From NCBI GenBank assembly GCA_040389905.1, contig JAZJZK010000005.1, positions 250,529 through 314,528 of the forward strand: DNA of 64,000 nucleotides. The letters are read 5' to 3'. Source of the stretch: Gemmatimonadota bacterium (GTDB taxonomy: Bacteria > Gemmatimonadota > Gemmatimonadetes > Gemmatimonadales > Gemmatimonadaceae). Below, in pieces: positions 9,078 to 18,337 of the stretch (position 1 is the stretch's first letter; every line of letters begins with the position of its first letter). The translations under genes were made by a program, and so were the position numbers. The notes beneath the pieces were generated by a model. That model had not been told where the DNA came from. It did no database searches and saw nothing but the letters and a program-made list of their open reading frames with translations.

Positions 9078-12035
9078 CTAGACCGTTGGCGCCTTGAAGA
9101 ACTCGAGCTGCCGCGGCTCGTCCACCTCCGTGGCGTACGCGAGGCGCCGCAGGTTCTCCAGCACTTCGAAGTCCGTTCCGCTCGCGGCGAGATCGCCGTC
9201 CAGATCGAGTCCGCCGAAGGTGCGGCCAACCGGTAGCACTTCGAGCACCGCCTCGAATGAGGCAAAGAACTGTGGATTTCCTGCGACGCCGGCGTTTTCC
9301 AGCATCTCCCGTGCTGCGTCGAGCGTGCGCAGCCGCGCCATGTAGGCGGCGTGGTGAATCGTGTCGATCCAGGCGCGCGATCCGTCGGCGGGGCCGAGTG
9401 CGTGCTTGGCCGCGCGCGTGGATGAATCCCAGATGCGCACGTCGCTCCCTTTCTTTTCTGCGAGCCGACCGATGATCTCCTTGTCGAGGTCGACGCCGAC
9501 GGCGCGGGCGAGACGCAAGGCCTCGTCGTAGGGGAAGACAGGGGCCTTGAAGGCGTCCCACGCAAGCACGAAGAACGATGTCGCCGGGTCGAGCTCGACG
9601 CGCGTCTTCATATGCGTGAGCTGCTCGAGGCGCCACCGCTTCACTTCGCGACGCGCGGCGTTCAGCGCGTCCTCAGGTGTGACGGCGTAGGGGTCCCACG
9701 CTTCGTCGAACAGCTCCTTCTGCTTCTGGCGACGCTTGACTTCGGGTTGTGGTGCGGGCGTTCCGCGCTTGAGTGGCCACGCCTTGCTGAACTCCTCGAG
9801 CGCCGGGCCGAACGATGCGAGGTAAAGGTCGACGCCCCCGATTCCCGCCTTCTGGAATTCCTCGACTCGGGCGCGGACGGCTTTCGCAACCTTGGGTTCG
9901 ACGTCCTCCCAGTACTGCACTTCGTCGCCGTGTTTGACGAGCGCACGTGGACGGCATGCGAGGAAGATGGTGCTGTTCGCGGCGGACTTGTTCTTGATGT
10001 GAAGTGAGTCCTCGGCTTCGGTGTTGATCGGCCAGCTTGCGCTGATCGTGAAGCCGGCCTGGATCAGTCCCGTGGTTAGCGCATCCCACGCACCGGTGGC
10101 CTTGTGGGTGAACATCAGGGTCATGATACCATCTGGCTTCAAAACGCGGCGGCACTCGCCGAAGATGGCGGCCATGCGGTCCTGGTAGTCACGAGCTGCA
10201 AGCTTCTTGGCACCCTTTTCACCCTGAAACTTGGCTGGATTGGCGACTGCTTCGTTCTCCTTGTCGGTCAGAGTCCTGGTAAACAGTTCAGGAAAAACGT
10301 GACCTGCTGTGCGCTTGAGCCAGACGTAGAAGAAGTCCGAGAGCTCGGCGTACATGACGTTGTCATAGTACGGGGGGTCCATGACGATGGCGTCGATGCT
10401 CTCATCAGCGATGTGCGGAAGGTTGTCGGCCGAGTAAGAGGAGATGGTGATTGGCGGTGGGACGAACGCGGGCACCTCGAACAGGCTCGCGACGGCGGAG
10501 TTCTTGCGAGCCGACTTCACATCGATGTCTGGACGCGTGAGGCCCACTAATTCCTCGATGCAGTTCGCTGTTTTCTCAATTGCCCAGTCGTAACCCAGAC
10601 CAGCAATGAGCGGCGCCATTTCCGCATAAGACGACACGAACGCGAAATCGTGACGGTCGAATATTGAACGGACTCGCTGAGTGACGGTGTCCCAACGACA
10701 GGACCGGCACCCGTAATTGAGCATCGTGTCCAAGGTAAGGGCGAGATATCCGAATGCGGCCTTCTCTACCCCTGTCAGTGGCCCGGTAGACTCTGCTTCA
10801 ACCAGCAAGTCGCGATACACTTGCACCCCGGTAGTGTGGCCAAGGAGCTGCCGAGGCGAAAAGAGGTCACGCCACCGCGGCATGCCGTATTGAATAGGCC
10901 GATCATCGCTGCTTGCTGGAGGGAATGGCTCGCTGGGAACAAGGTCGAGTGCTTCCAACTCCGGCATCCTCTCCGCCAATGCCTCGCGAATCGCTACGAG
11001 GTCGCCTTCTTCAGGTCCCGGCGCGCGAAACCCACGCTCCCACTTTACCCTACTCTTGCCGCCCTTCGTCACCGTGGCAAGGCGCTCTCTGTACACGATA
11101 GCGTACAGTTGCTCCCCAAGCCCTCCAAGCTGCGCCTGCCGTTTTACTTCATCGCCATCTATAACCCGCGCGCAATCCGGGAACGGGCAGGTAGCGTCTC
11201 CATTCGCAACAGTACCATCCGAGTGATGGTCCGCCGAATGAACAATCTCAAAATCGCAACGTCGGCCGGGCGAGGATGGACCGTCGCTCACGTTTGGATG
11301 GAGCCTCACGCCGATGCCATTCGGAGCGAGGCGCCAATTGGGCGAAAGTGGTATCAAACCAGTGCAATAAGGGCATGCAATTGTGCGCGCCCACAGGTAT
11401 GCACTGTCGATTCGACCAGGCGCGCCAGGCTGCGGAAAGAGTGGCGACAATGGGGCGTCCATCCGAGCGCGCCATCTTGCTGCGAGCGCCACGTACCTCG
11501 TGTATACCGCGAGCCCATGCAGCTGTGGCCACTCAACGGTAGCGCGCTCAATTAGCGCGGCAACCGGATTCAAGTCGTTGCAAATCGTCCGCAATCCCAA
11601 CCGGACGCATTCGAAAGGGATGCTGCCGCCGCCAGCTGTCGGATCTAGGACCGAAGGGTTGCGAATACCAGCCCGCTTGCCTTCGCTTGCGATCCACGCG
11701 TGATCGGCCGGGGAGGGCACATACGTGAATGCGCGTTTGTAGCCGTATGGATCAGCAACGCGTTCGTCGTCACGCTTAGCGTCGTCCATCAAGCGCTTCG
11801 CTCGTAGCGGATCGCCGTGAATTCCCAGTACATGCATGTACTTAGCCCGATCGGCATCTGCGGAAAGAACCGATGCCAACACCGCCGCCCGCGACGCCAC
11901 CAATGGCCTCCGCGCCCACCACACATGCAGGTAGTACGTTGGCGGAAGCGCGGTCATCGACCGCCTCTCCCTCACACTCTCTTCACCAATCTCCGCAATG
12001 GGCAGCCACCGCTCGATCAACCGCGGTGTGCTCAT
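9078..12035 (-). CDS. DUF1156-type DNA amino-methyltransferase
   Basis: HVWWARRPL N-terminal motif, DPTAGGGSIP (SAM binding), DPPYYDN (catalytic), CPYC/CPFPDC Zn ligands. Confidence 0.92.
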   Translation of the reverse strand: MSTPRLIERWLPIAEIGEESVRERRSMTALPPTYYLHVWWARRPLVASRAAVLASVLSADADRAKYMHVLGIHGDPLRAKRLMDDAKRDDERVADPYGYKRAFTYVPSPADHAWIASEGKRAGIRNPSVLDPTAGGGSIPFECVRLGLRTICNDLNPVAALIERATVEWPQLHGLAVYTRYVALAARWRARMDAPLSPLFPQPGAPGRIDSAYLWARTIACPYCTGLIPLSPNWRLAPNGIGVRLHPNVSDGPSSPGRRCDFEIVHSADHHSDGTVANGDATCPFPDCARVIDGDEVKRQAQLGGLGEQLYAIVYRERLATVTKGGKSRVKWERGFRAPGPEEGDLVAIREALAERMPELEALDLVPSEPFPPASSDDRPIQYGMPRWRDLFSPRQLLGHTTGVQVYRDLLVEAESTGPLTGVEKAAFGYLALTLDTMLNYGCRSCRWDTVTQRVRSIFDRHDFAFVSSYAEMAPLIAGLGYDWAIEKTANCIEELVGLTRPDIDVKSARKNSAVASLFEVPAFVPPPITISSYSADNLPHIADESIDAIVMDPPYYDNVMYAELSDFFYVWLKRTAGHVFPELFTRTLTDKENEAVANPAKFQGEKGAKKLAARDYQDRMAAIFGECRRVLKPDGIMTLMFTHKATGAWDALTTGLIQAGFTISASWPINTEAEDSLHIKNKSAANSTIFLACRPRALVKHGDEVQYWEDVEPKVAKAVRARVEEFQKAGIGGVDLYLASFGPALEEFSKAWPLKRGTPAPQPEVKRRQKQKELFDEAWDPYAVTPEDALNAARREVKRWRLEQLTHMKTRVELDPATSFFVLAWDAFKAPVFPYDEALRLARAVGVDLDKEIIGRLAEKKGSDVRIWDSSTRAAKHALGPADGSRAWIDTIHHAAYMARLRTLDAAREMLENAGVAGNPQFFASFEAVLEVLPVGRTFGGLDLDGDLAASGTDFEVLENLRRLAYATEVDEPRQLEFFKAPTV

Positions 12036-12547
12036 CGCGCTCCGTCAGTGCGTCGAGATGGGTCAGTGAGGAGCATCCGCAACGCGCTCAAGACCCGCCG
12101 CGGATTGACGCGGTGCATCGCCATGCCTAACCAATACGCCGCTTCCTCCTGGCCCATTGCCTCGATCCCTTCCGCCACACGAAGCATGTTCTCCCGGCTC
12201 CGCATCGGCGCCAGCGTGCGAAAGAGCAGGCCAAGCATCAGCGCGAGATGCTCGGTCACGGCATACGAGCTCGGCTCTCCCTGCAAGAGCCCCGGCGTCC
12301 GAAGTGACCGCAGCTTCACCCCAGCGTTCGTCAGGCGACGCAGAACTCTGTGATGCACGAGATCGAGATTCCGACCGCGCAGGCCCGCAACCCGCACGGC
12401 CGAGCGAATGTGCGGTGTGGCGGGCGACGGGAGCTGCCAGATCTCGAGCTCATCGTCGCCAACACTCCAATTGCGCGCGCGCAGCTCATACTGCGGCGCC
12501 GATGCCTGCGTTTCGACATCGTACATCTTCAGGATGCCGGGCTTCAT
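12032..12547 (-). CDS. Small accessory protein of the DUF499 system (DUF3780-like by position)
   Basis: 171 aa; 4-nt overlaps with both neighbours; MGQEEAAYWL motif. Family assignment rests on context. Confidence 0.65.
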   Translation of the reverse strand: MKPGILKMYDVETQASAPQYELRARNWSVGDDELEIWQLPSPATPHIRSAVRVAGLRGRNLDLVHHRVLRRLTNAGVKLRSLRTPGLLQGEPSSYAVTEHLALMLGLLFRTLAPMRSRENMLRVAEGIEAMGQEEAAYWLGMAMHRVNPRRVLSALRMLLTDPSRRTDGAR

Positions 12548-15500
12548 GACATACCTCCGGCCTTGGTTTCTGCGGTGGCTGTGACGTAGGCCGTCCCAGC
12601 CGCGTACTTGGTGAGGCGATCGGCGAGCCGTTCAGGCGCGTCACTCGTCGTGAGCAAGCCTCCCTCGAAGGCGAGCTCAAACTCGGCGTTCAAGTCCTTC
12701 TCGCTGGCGGCGCGCAATTGCGGCTCGAGGAACTCCTTGAGCACCTGCGCATCGGTCGACGGCCCCTCGAACTGGAACTCGAGCGTTCCGCCGTCTGTGG
12801 TTTCGTAGGCGCCCTTGAGCGTCACCGTCTTCTTTGCGCCCTGCACTGAGCCAATGACGCCGAGCAGCTTGAAGGCATCGCCGGCGTCGAACATCCGGAT
12901 GCGTACGAGATGAATGCGCTCGATCTTTCGCTTCCGGGATTTTTCCCACAGCTGTGCGAGCGCTTCCTTCAACACGCCTTCCGCAACAAGGAGATCGGCA
13001 GACGGTGCCGGAGGTGGTGGCTGCGGGGGCTGCACGCCGCCCGATTCGGGACTCCCTCCGGAAGCTGGCGGAGCAACTACGGGATCCGGCTTTGGCACCG
13101 GTCGCGGCCAGATCTCGCGCTCCTTGGCGAACGCCATCGTGAATACCGTCGACTGTTCGTCGACCACGATGCTCGTCTGCGGATCTCCCTCTCCATACAG
13201 GAGATCGCCGCGGCGATAGATGTACTCACCCTGCTCGACACCACGCCGGATTCCCGCGATGAAGACGTCGTCGCCAACGAGCATTGGCAGCGCTGGATCT
13301 CGACGAAACTCCTCGCGCAGCGCACGCGTGCTGATTTCGCCCTTCTTCAGCGGCGTGCGGTCGCGTACGTACGACGGTGAATCGGGTTCATCGCCGCTAG
13401 TTCGCAGCTTGTGGGTGTCGCGGAGGGCGCGCTCCACCTGTCGCTGTCCCGCACCGGGGCTGGCACTTGCCGACGGGACGTCTATCGCCGTGTGGCCAAG
13501 ATCACAGTCGGCAGTTACACGATCACCGCGCGTTGGATAGAACACGTGTCGGTAGCACTGCTGGATCGCGACGGCCACTTCCTGTTCCGACTTGCTCTCC
13601 AACTCGCGCACCTTTGCCTGCTGATGCTCGGCCAGGTCGCCGATGCGCTCCGCTTTCTTCAGCTCCTGGAGTGCGAGGCGTCGCTGCATCTTGTGCGTCA
13701 TCTCGCTCGTGCGCGCCTCGTCAGCGGCGAGAAACACGAGCGCATTCCTATTCAGGCGAAGCGCCTTGTCGTCTGCGCCTTTGTGCTTGAAGATGCGTTC
13801 GATGAGCTGCGGAACGGCGTCGATGACACCCTGAACAGGGACGGCGGTGTAGCCGAGCAGCACGAGGAGCGGCCGGTTGTCTCCAATCTCGTCGGGCACT
13901 TCGTACGGGCCGCCGGGAAACGCAAGGAGATCGAATTTCGCGTCACCGGTTCGCGAGAAGATCACCCGGATGCGATCGCGTAACTGTGCGCGAATTTCCT
14001 CGGTATCCACCTGCGCTTCCTGACGCCGGATGATCTGCGTGAGGTTGGCCTCGGCGAGAAATCGCAGTGGCGAGCCGGGGCGATCGTCGAGATATGCCGA
14101 CTCACCCATGAACCGCTTGCGTGCGTCGTCCGCGAACGCGATGTCGATTGCGGGCCCGATCATCGAGAAGCGCAGATGCTCCGGCGAAATGCCGCGCAAC
14201 TGATCGTTGAAGGCGAGCGTGTTCACGAAGATCGTGCGGGCCGCGTATGCCGTGTACGGCGGAAGACCCTTGTAGTGGTCCGCGTCGATTTGCTGCGCGA
14301 GGGACTTGCTCCCGCTATCACTCGCCACATCGCGCTTGATCGCCGGCACGTACTGTATCTGGCCGAGCCGGGTGATCAGTTCCTGCCTGATCGACTCGTG
14401 GCCTACATCTATATGATGGACGTGAATGGCGTATGCGTCGGCCGGACGCTCCTTCCACAAATGCGCCACCGTGCGGGCGAGGAGCCGGAGCATTCCGCGC
14501 ACGCGCTGGAAGTTCGAGATCGTCGCCAACTTCTCGGTCAGCGTATCGAGCACTTCCGGATGCAGCGGGTACGACGCGAAGAACAGCTCAACGGTTTCGG
14601 CGCGCCCAGCCTCCGGAGAAAGCGCGCTCTCGTTCTGCTTCCACAGCGTGCGGTACGCGTCGACGACTGATGCGATCTGCGACTCGTCGATCTTCGAGAA
14701 GAGGCGCCGCCTGAGAACGTGAGCGGTCTCGTCGTCTTCCGTCGGATTCAACAGCGTTGCCTTTCGCGCCGAGATGCTCTCGGCCTCCGCCATGCGTTCG
14801 GCGATGAACTCGTTCTCGTCGCTGTACGCGTCGGACGAGCGGCTGTCCTTGCCGATCGCGAGCGTGTAGACGAGCGCCGCGTTCGATGTCCCTTCGATCG
14901 CCTTGAAGAGCGACGTAAGGAATGCGGAGAGCTGATCCTGCGCGAGGGAAAGCTTTCGGACTTTCCGCAGATAGACGGAGAGCTCGTCGAGGAGAATGAG
15001 CGTCGGTTCTCCGCCGAAGAGTTCGCGAAGCGTTTCGGCGCCTGGTGCAATGCGCTGTTCGTCGCTTGCCCGAACGCGCTCGTAGCCGGCCGTTCCCGCG
15101 AGTGAGTAGGCGATCTCGCCCCATGGCGTGAAGGCCTTGATGCCCTCGCCCATGGTTCTTCCGTTCAACGGATCTGCGTTCTCGCCATCGAATGCCGCAA
15201 TGCGAACCGGCGTCTGCGGGAGAAGAGCAGGGTCGATGAATTCGGCGATCGTCTTGACGTTGCCCGCTCCGCGAGCGGCATGCACGAGCGCGATGAGGCC
15301 ATGCGTCTTACCACCGCCGAACTGTGTGTCGAGCCGGAAGATCGACGCCGCTTCGCCACCCGCGCCGCTTAACCGTCGGCAGACGTTGGAGAGGAGGTTC
15401 TTCAGGCCTCGCGTGGGATAGGTATTGTCGAAGAACCGGTCTGCGTCGCGGTACTCCTCCGGCGCGTTTCCACGAATGACTTGCGCGAGGTCAGCAGCGA

Positions 15501-15573
15501 AGTCGGACTCGCTGATCGTTCCAGCGAGCACATCGGCGCGGGGAACGCAAAGATCGAAGATTCGTGGCGCCAT
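12544..15573 (-). CDS. DUF499 AAA+ ATPase
   Basis: FAADLAQV, Walker A TQFGGGKTH, Walker B LILLDEL, YPLHPE, FQRVRGMLRLL; likely start MAPRIFD at 15573. Confidence 0.9.
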   Translation of the reverse strand: MAPRIFDLCVPRADVLAGTISESDFAADLAQVIRGNAPEEYRDADRFFDNTYPTRGLKNLLSNVCRRLSGAGGEAASIFRLDTQFGGGKTHGLIALVHAARGAGNVKTIAEFIDPALLPQTPVRIAAFDGENADPLNGRTMGEGIKAFTPWGEIAYSLAGTAGYERVRASDEQRIAPGAETLRELFGGEPTLILLDELSVYLRKVRKLSLAQDQLSAFLTSLFKAIEGTSNAALVYTLAIGKDSRSSDAYSDENEFIAERMAEAESISARKATLLNPTEDDETAHVLRRRLFSKIDESQIASVVDAYRTLWKQNESALSPEAGRAETVELFFASYPLHPEVLDTLTEKLATISNFQRVRGMLRLLARTVAHLWKERPADAYAIHVHHIDVGHESIRQELITRLGQIQYVPAIKRDVASDSGSKSLAQQIDADHYKGLPPYTAYAARTIFVNTLAFNDQLRGISPEHLRFSMIGPAIDIAFADDARKRFMGESAYLDDRPGSPLRFLAEANLTQIIRRQEAQVDTEEIRAQLRDRIRVIFSRTGDAKFDLLAFPGGPYEVPDEIGDNRPLLVLLGYTAVPVQGVIDAVPQLIERIFKHKGADDKALRLNRNALVFLAADEARTSEMTHKMQRRLALQELKKAERIGDLAEHQQAKVRELESKSEQEVAVAIQQCYRHVFYPTRGDRVTADCDLGHTAIDVPSASASPGAGQRQVERALRDTHKLRTSGDEPDSPSYVRDRTPLKKGEISTRALREEFRRDPALPMLVGDDVFIAGIRRGVEQGEYIYRRGDLLYGEGDPQTSIVVDEQSTVFTMAFAKEREIWPRPVPKPDPVVAPPASGGSPESGGVQPPQPPPPAPSADLLVAEGVLKEALAQLWEKSRKRKIERIHLVRIRMFDAGDAFKLLGVIGSVQGAKKTVTLKGAYETTDGGTLEFQFEGPSTDAQVLKEFLEPQLRAASEKDLNAEFELAFEGGLLTTSDAPERLADRLTKYAAGTAYVTATAETKAGGMS

Positions 15574-15583
15574 TGAGTAGTGG

Positions 15584-15622
15584 TTCCCCAGGTTGGGGAA
15601 TACTACTCCCCAAGATGGGGAA
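15584..15622. promoter_or_regulatory. Tandem palindromic operators TCCCCA-N3-TGGGGA
   Basis: TTCCCCAGGTTGGGGAA (15584-15600) and TCCCCAAGATGGGGA (15607-15621), 22 bp apart, between the divergent ATPase and XRE genes. Confidence 0.75.
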
Positions 15623-15649
15623 TGAGCAACGGCTTCGCATGATCTGCGG

Positions 15650-15919
15650 ATGCCCAAAGAGCGGAGGCCGAGCGCCGTCCACGAGCCGGACTATCAGTAT
15701 CTCATTGGTCGAATGCGCGAGGCACGCGAGGCGGCCGGCTTGACGCAGGCACAGGTGGCCAAAGAGCTCGATAGGCCCCTCTCGTTCGTGTCCAAGTGCG
15801 AGCTCGGTGAACGAAGGCTCGATCCGATCGACTTGCGAGACTTCGCCGAGATCTATGAAAAACCGCTGGAGTTTTTCTATCCCACCCGTCGCGGCTCGAG
15901 GAAACGAAGCTCCGGCTGA
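15650..15919 (+). CDS. XRE-family HTH regulator (controller-protein-like)
   Basis: AREAAGLTQAQVAKELDRPLSFVSKCELGERRLDPIDL HTH_3 pattern. Confidence 0.9.
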   Translation: MPKERRPSAVHEPDYQYLIGRMREAREAAGLTQAQVAKELDRPLSFVSKCELGERRLDPIDLRDFAEIYEKPLEFFYPTRRGSRKRSSG

Positions 15920-15974
15920 GGGGCAAACGCGGGTTAGCCGCAATACTGCTCAGTTGGGCGCGGGCGAGCGTCGA

Positions 15975-16066
15975 TTGTCACCCTGAGCGAGCGAAGCGAG
16001 TCAAAGGGTCTGCACCTCGTATACAGGTGGCAAGTGCAGATCCCTCGACTTCGCTCGGGATGACAA
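15975..16066. repeat. Family A palindromic element
   Basis: TTGTCACCCTGAGCGA...TCTGCAC / GTGCAGA...TCGCTCGGGATGACAA. Confidence 0.85.
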
Positions 16067-16100
16067 CCCTAACTGAAGTGCATTGGGGCTAGCCGTTGGC

Positions 16101-16640
16101 CTAGCCGAACACCCGCGCCACCTCGAACGTCAGCGGCGACGACACGCCTTTGGGATGCCAGGTCATCGTCTCGCGGCTGACCACATCGGCCCTTCCCGGC
16201 GCCACCGACGTGACGGTCCGGTTCGCTCCGTCCACCATCCAGTATTCGTCAATGCCCGCATCCATGTAGAGTTCACGCTTCTCGACGAGATCATGCCGTC
16301 GCGTGCTCTGCGAATGGACTTCGACGACGAGTATCGGAAGCGGTGCGGTGTCCCACGTCATATCGGGTGTCGATGGCAGCTCCCTCACCGCCAGGTCGGG
16401 CTGGACTTGAGAATCGGCGTGACGCACGACTCCATTGCCGCTGTGGACATAGCCGAGGCCTTGCTCCTCGACATAGCGGTCGAGAATCCGATGGAGCCGA
16501 GCCACGATCGTCTCGTGCGCAAAAGCGGGAGGCGGGCTCACGAGCAACTCCCCGCGAACCACCTCGTACGTGTTGCCGTCGTCAGGAAGGCTGTCCAGGT
16601 CAGCGATCGTCCATCGCTTGGTGTCCGTGGCCATAAGCAT
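16101..16640 (-). CDS. Uma2 (DUF820) family endonuclease
   Basis: YEVVRGEL..SPPP..H, VQPDL, LVVEVHSQST, K.ELY.DAGIDEYWMVD. Confidence 0.9.
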   Translation of the reverse strand: MLMATDTKRWTIADLDSLPDDGNTYEVVRGELLVSPPPAFAHETIVARLHRILDRYVEEQGLGYVHSGNGVVRHADSQVQPDLAVRELPSTPDMTWDTAPLPILVVEVHSQSTRRHDLVEKRELYMDAGIDEYWMVDGANRTVTSVAPGRADVVSRETMTWHPKGVSSPLTFEVARVFG

Positions 16641-16812
16641 TCGGCATCCGTCCCTGGATTTGTGTGAAGTGTAGACATGCGCCAAGGATCGCATGTCGGC
16701 ACCGGCAACGCGTCACCGATTCACCGCACGATGAATCGAAATCACTCCGCCGAGCCTACCCTCGGCGCAGTGGCCGAGTCAAGCGTCTGACGTCGTGCTC
16801 GCACGGCGCGAA

Positions 16813-18336
16813 CTACGCGCGCGCGACCCGCAGCACCTCATCAAGCGTGGTGACGCCGGCGCGCACGAGCCGCAGTCCGTCGTCCTGAAGGGTCCGCATC
16901 CCTTTCTTGATCGCCAGCTCGCGCAGCTCCTCGGATCCACGTCGCCCCTGAACCTCGAGTCGCAGCTCGTTGTCCATCACGAGCAACTCGTGAACGCCGG
17001 TGCGGCCGCGATAGCCGGTGCCTCGGCAGTTGTCGCATCCCTCGCCGCGATACACCGTCGACAATCCCAGCGCTTCGATATTCAGTCGCCGCGCTGCGCC
17101 CTTGTCCGGATGCGTTTCGACTTTGCAGTTCGGACAGATCACACGCACCAGTCGCTGCGCGAGAACGGCATCCACTGTACTCGCGACGAGATAGGCCGCC
17201 ACACCAAGGTCCAGCAGACGCGTGAGCGCCGTCGGAGCGTCGTTCGTGTGCAACGTCGACAGTACCAAATGGCCAGTCAGTGCCGCCTGCGTCGCAATCT
17301 GCGCCGTTTCAGGGTCGCGAATTTCACCGACGAGAATGATGTCTGGATCCTGACGGAGCAGCGATCGCAACGCACTCGCAAACGTCACACCCACCTTTTC
17401 GTTCACCGGCACCTGCGGCACACCCGGCAGCTCGTACTCGACCGGGTCCTCGACGGTGAGGATCTTCTCGCGACCCGTCCGCAACATCTCGACGGCGGCG
17501 TACAGCGTCGTCGTCTTCCCGGAGCCCGTCGGCCCCGTTGCGAGCACGATGCCGTGCGGACGTTGAATCACTTCGCTGAACAACTCGAAGGTGTCGTCCG
17601 CCATCCCGAGCTCGGGGAGCGTGACTCGGCCGCGCTCCTTGTCGAGGAGACGAAGCACGACGCTCTCGCCACGCAACGTGGGCACCGTCGAGACACGAAC
17701 GTCCACCTGCCGGTTCAGCAGCCGAAGCCGGATGCGACCATCCTGCGGCAACCGGCGTTCGGCGATGTCGAGCTCCGCCATGATCTTGAGACGGCTCACG
17801 ATCGCCGCGGTGAGATGCGGCGGTGGCGAGGGCGCTGGCTGCAGCACGCCATCGACGCGATACCGCACGCGCAGTCCGTCGGCGTAGCCTTCGAGGTGGA
17901 CGTCCGACGCACGCGCATCCAGCGCCTCGATCAGTAGCAGGTTCACCAGCCGGACGACTGGCGCCTCGTTCGCGAGGTGCAGCAGGTCGTCGAGTGGGAG
18001 GTCGTCCCCTTCGAGCACGCGCGCTTCGCCACTCAAGCCAGCGATCAGGCCCTCGGCGGTAACGGCTTCCTGCGCATACACCCGGCGAATGGCCGTCCGA
18101 AGATCGTGCTCCGAGAAGCGTTCGATTGTGAGGTCTGCGTCGAACAACAGACGCAAGTCGTCGAGCGCCAACTGGTCGGGCAGGTCACTCCACGTGCCCA
18201 CCACGAGTGAGCCGTCCTCGAGCCGCATGGGCAGAACAGCATGCTGTTCGAGCCAGTCGGCGGTGAGCGCACCAGTGAGCCGCTCGACTTCGAGCAGTTC
18301 GCTGGCGGAGTGTTCAGTCACGGGCGTCGCGGCCAC
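16813..18336 (-). CDS. gspE: Type II secretion ATPase
   Basis: ASDVHLE, RRLPQDGR, GPTGSGKTTT, LRQDPDIILVGEIRD, TGHLVLSTLHTN, tetra-Cys motif; GTG start just after the gspD stop. Confidence 0.93.
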   Translation of the reverse strand: MAATPVTEHSASELLEVERLTGALTADWLEQHAVLPMRLEDGSLVVGTWSDLPDQLALDDLRLLFDADLTIERFSEHDLRTAIRRVYAQEAVTAEGLIAGLSGEARVLEGDDLPLDDLLHLANEAPVVRLVNLLLIEALDARASDVHLEGYADGLRVRYRVDGVLQPAPSPPPHLTAAIVSRLKIMAELDIAERRLPQDGRIRLRLLNRQVDVRVSTVPTLRGESVVLRLLDKERGRVTLPELGMADDTFELFSEVIQRPHGIVLATGPTGSGKTTTLYAAVEMLRTGREKILTVEDPVEYELPGVPQVPVNEKVGVTFASALRSLLRQDPDIILVGEIRDPETAQIATQAALTGHLVLSTLHTNDAPTALTRLLDLGVAAYLVASTVDAVLAQRLVRVICPNCKVETHPDKGAARRLNIEALGLSTVYRGEGCDNCRGTGYRGRTGVHELLVMDNELRLEVQGRRGSEELRELAIKKGMRTLQDDGLRLVRAGVTTLDEVLRVARA

Positions 18337-18337
18337 G

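Noticed and set aside
5567..15573. BREX or DISARM assignment
   Set aside because: No PglZ/BrxL and no DrmA/DrmB; gene content fits the DUF499/DUF1156 restriction-like type
4827..16066. Integrative element carrying the defence island
   Set aside because: No integrase, transposase, tRNA or att-like direct repeat seen; the flanking palindromes are window-wide repeats
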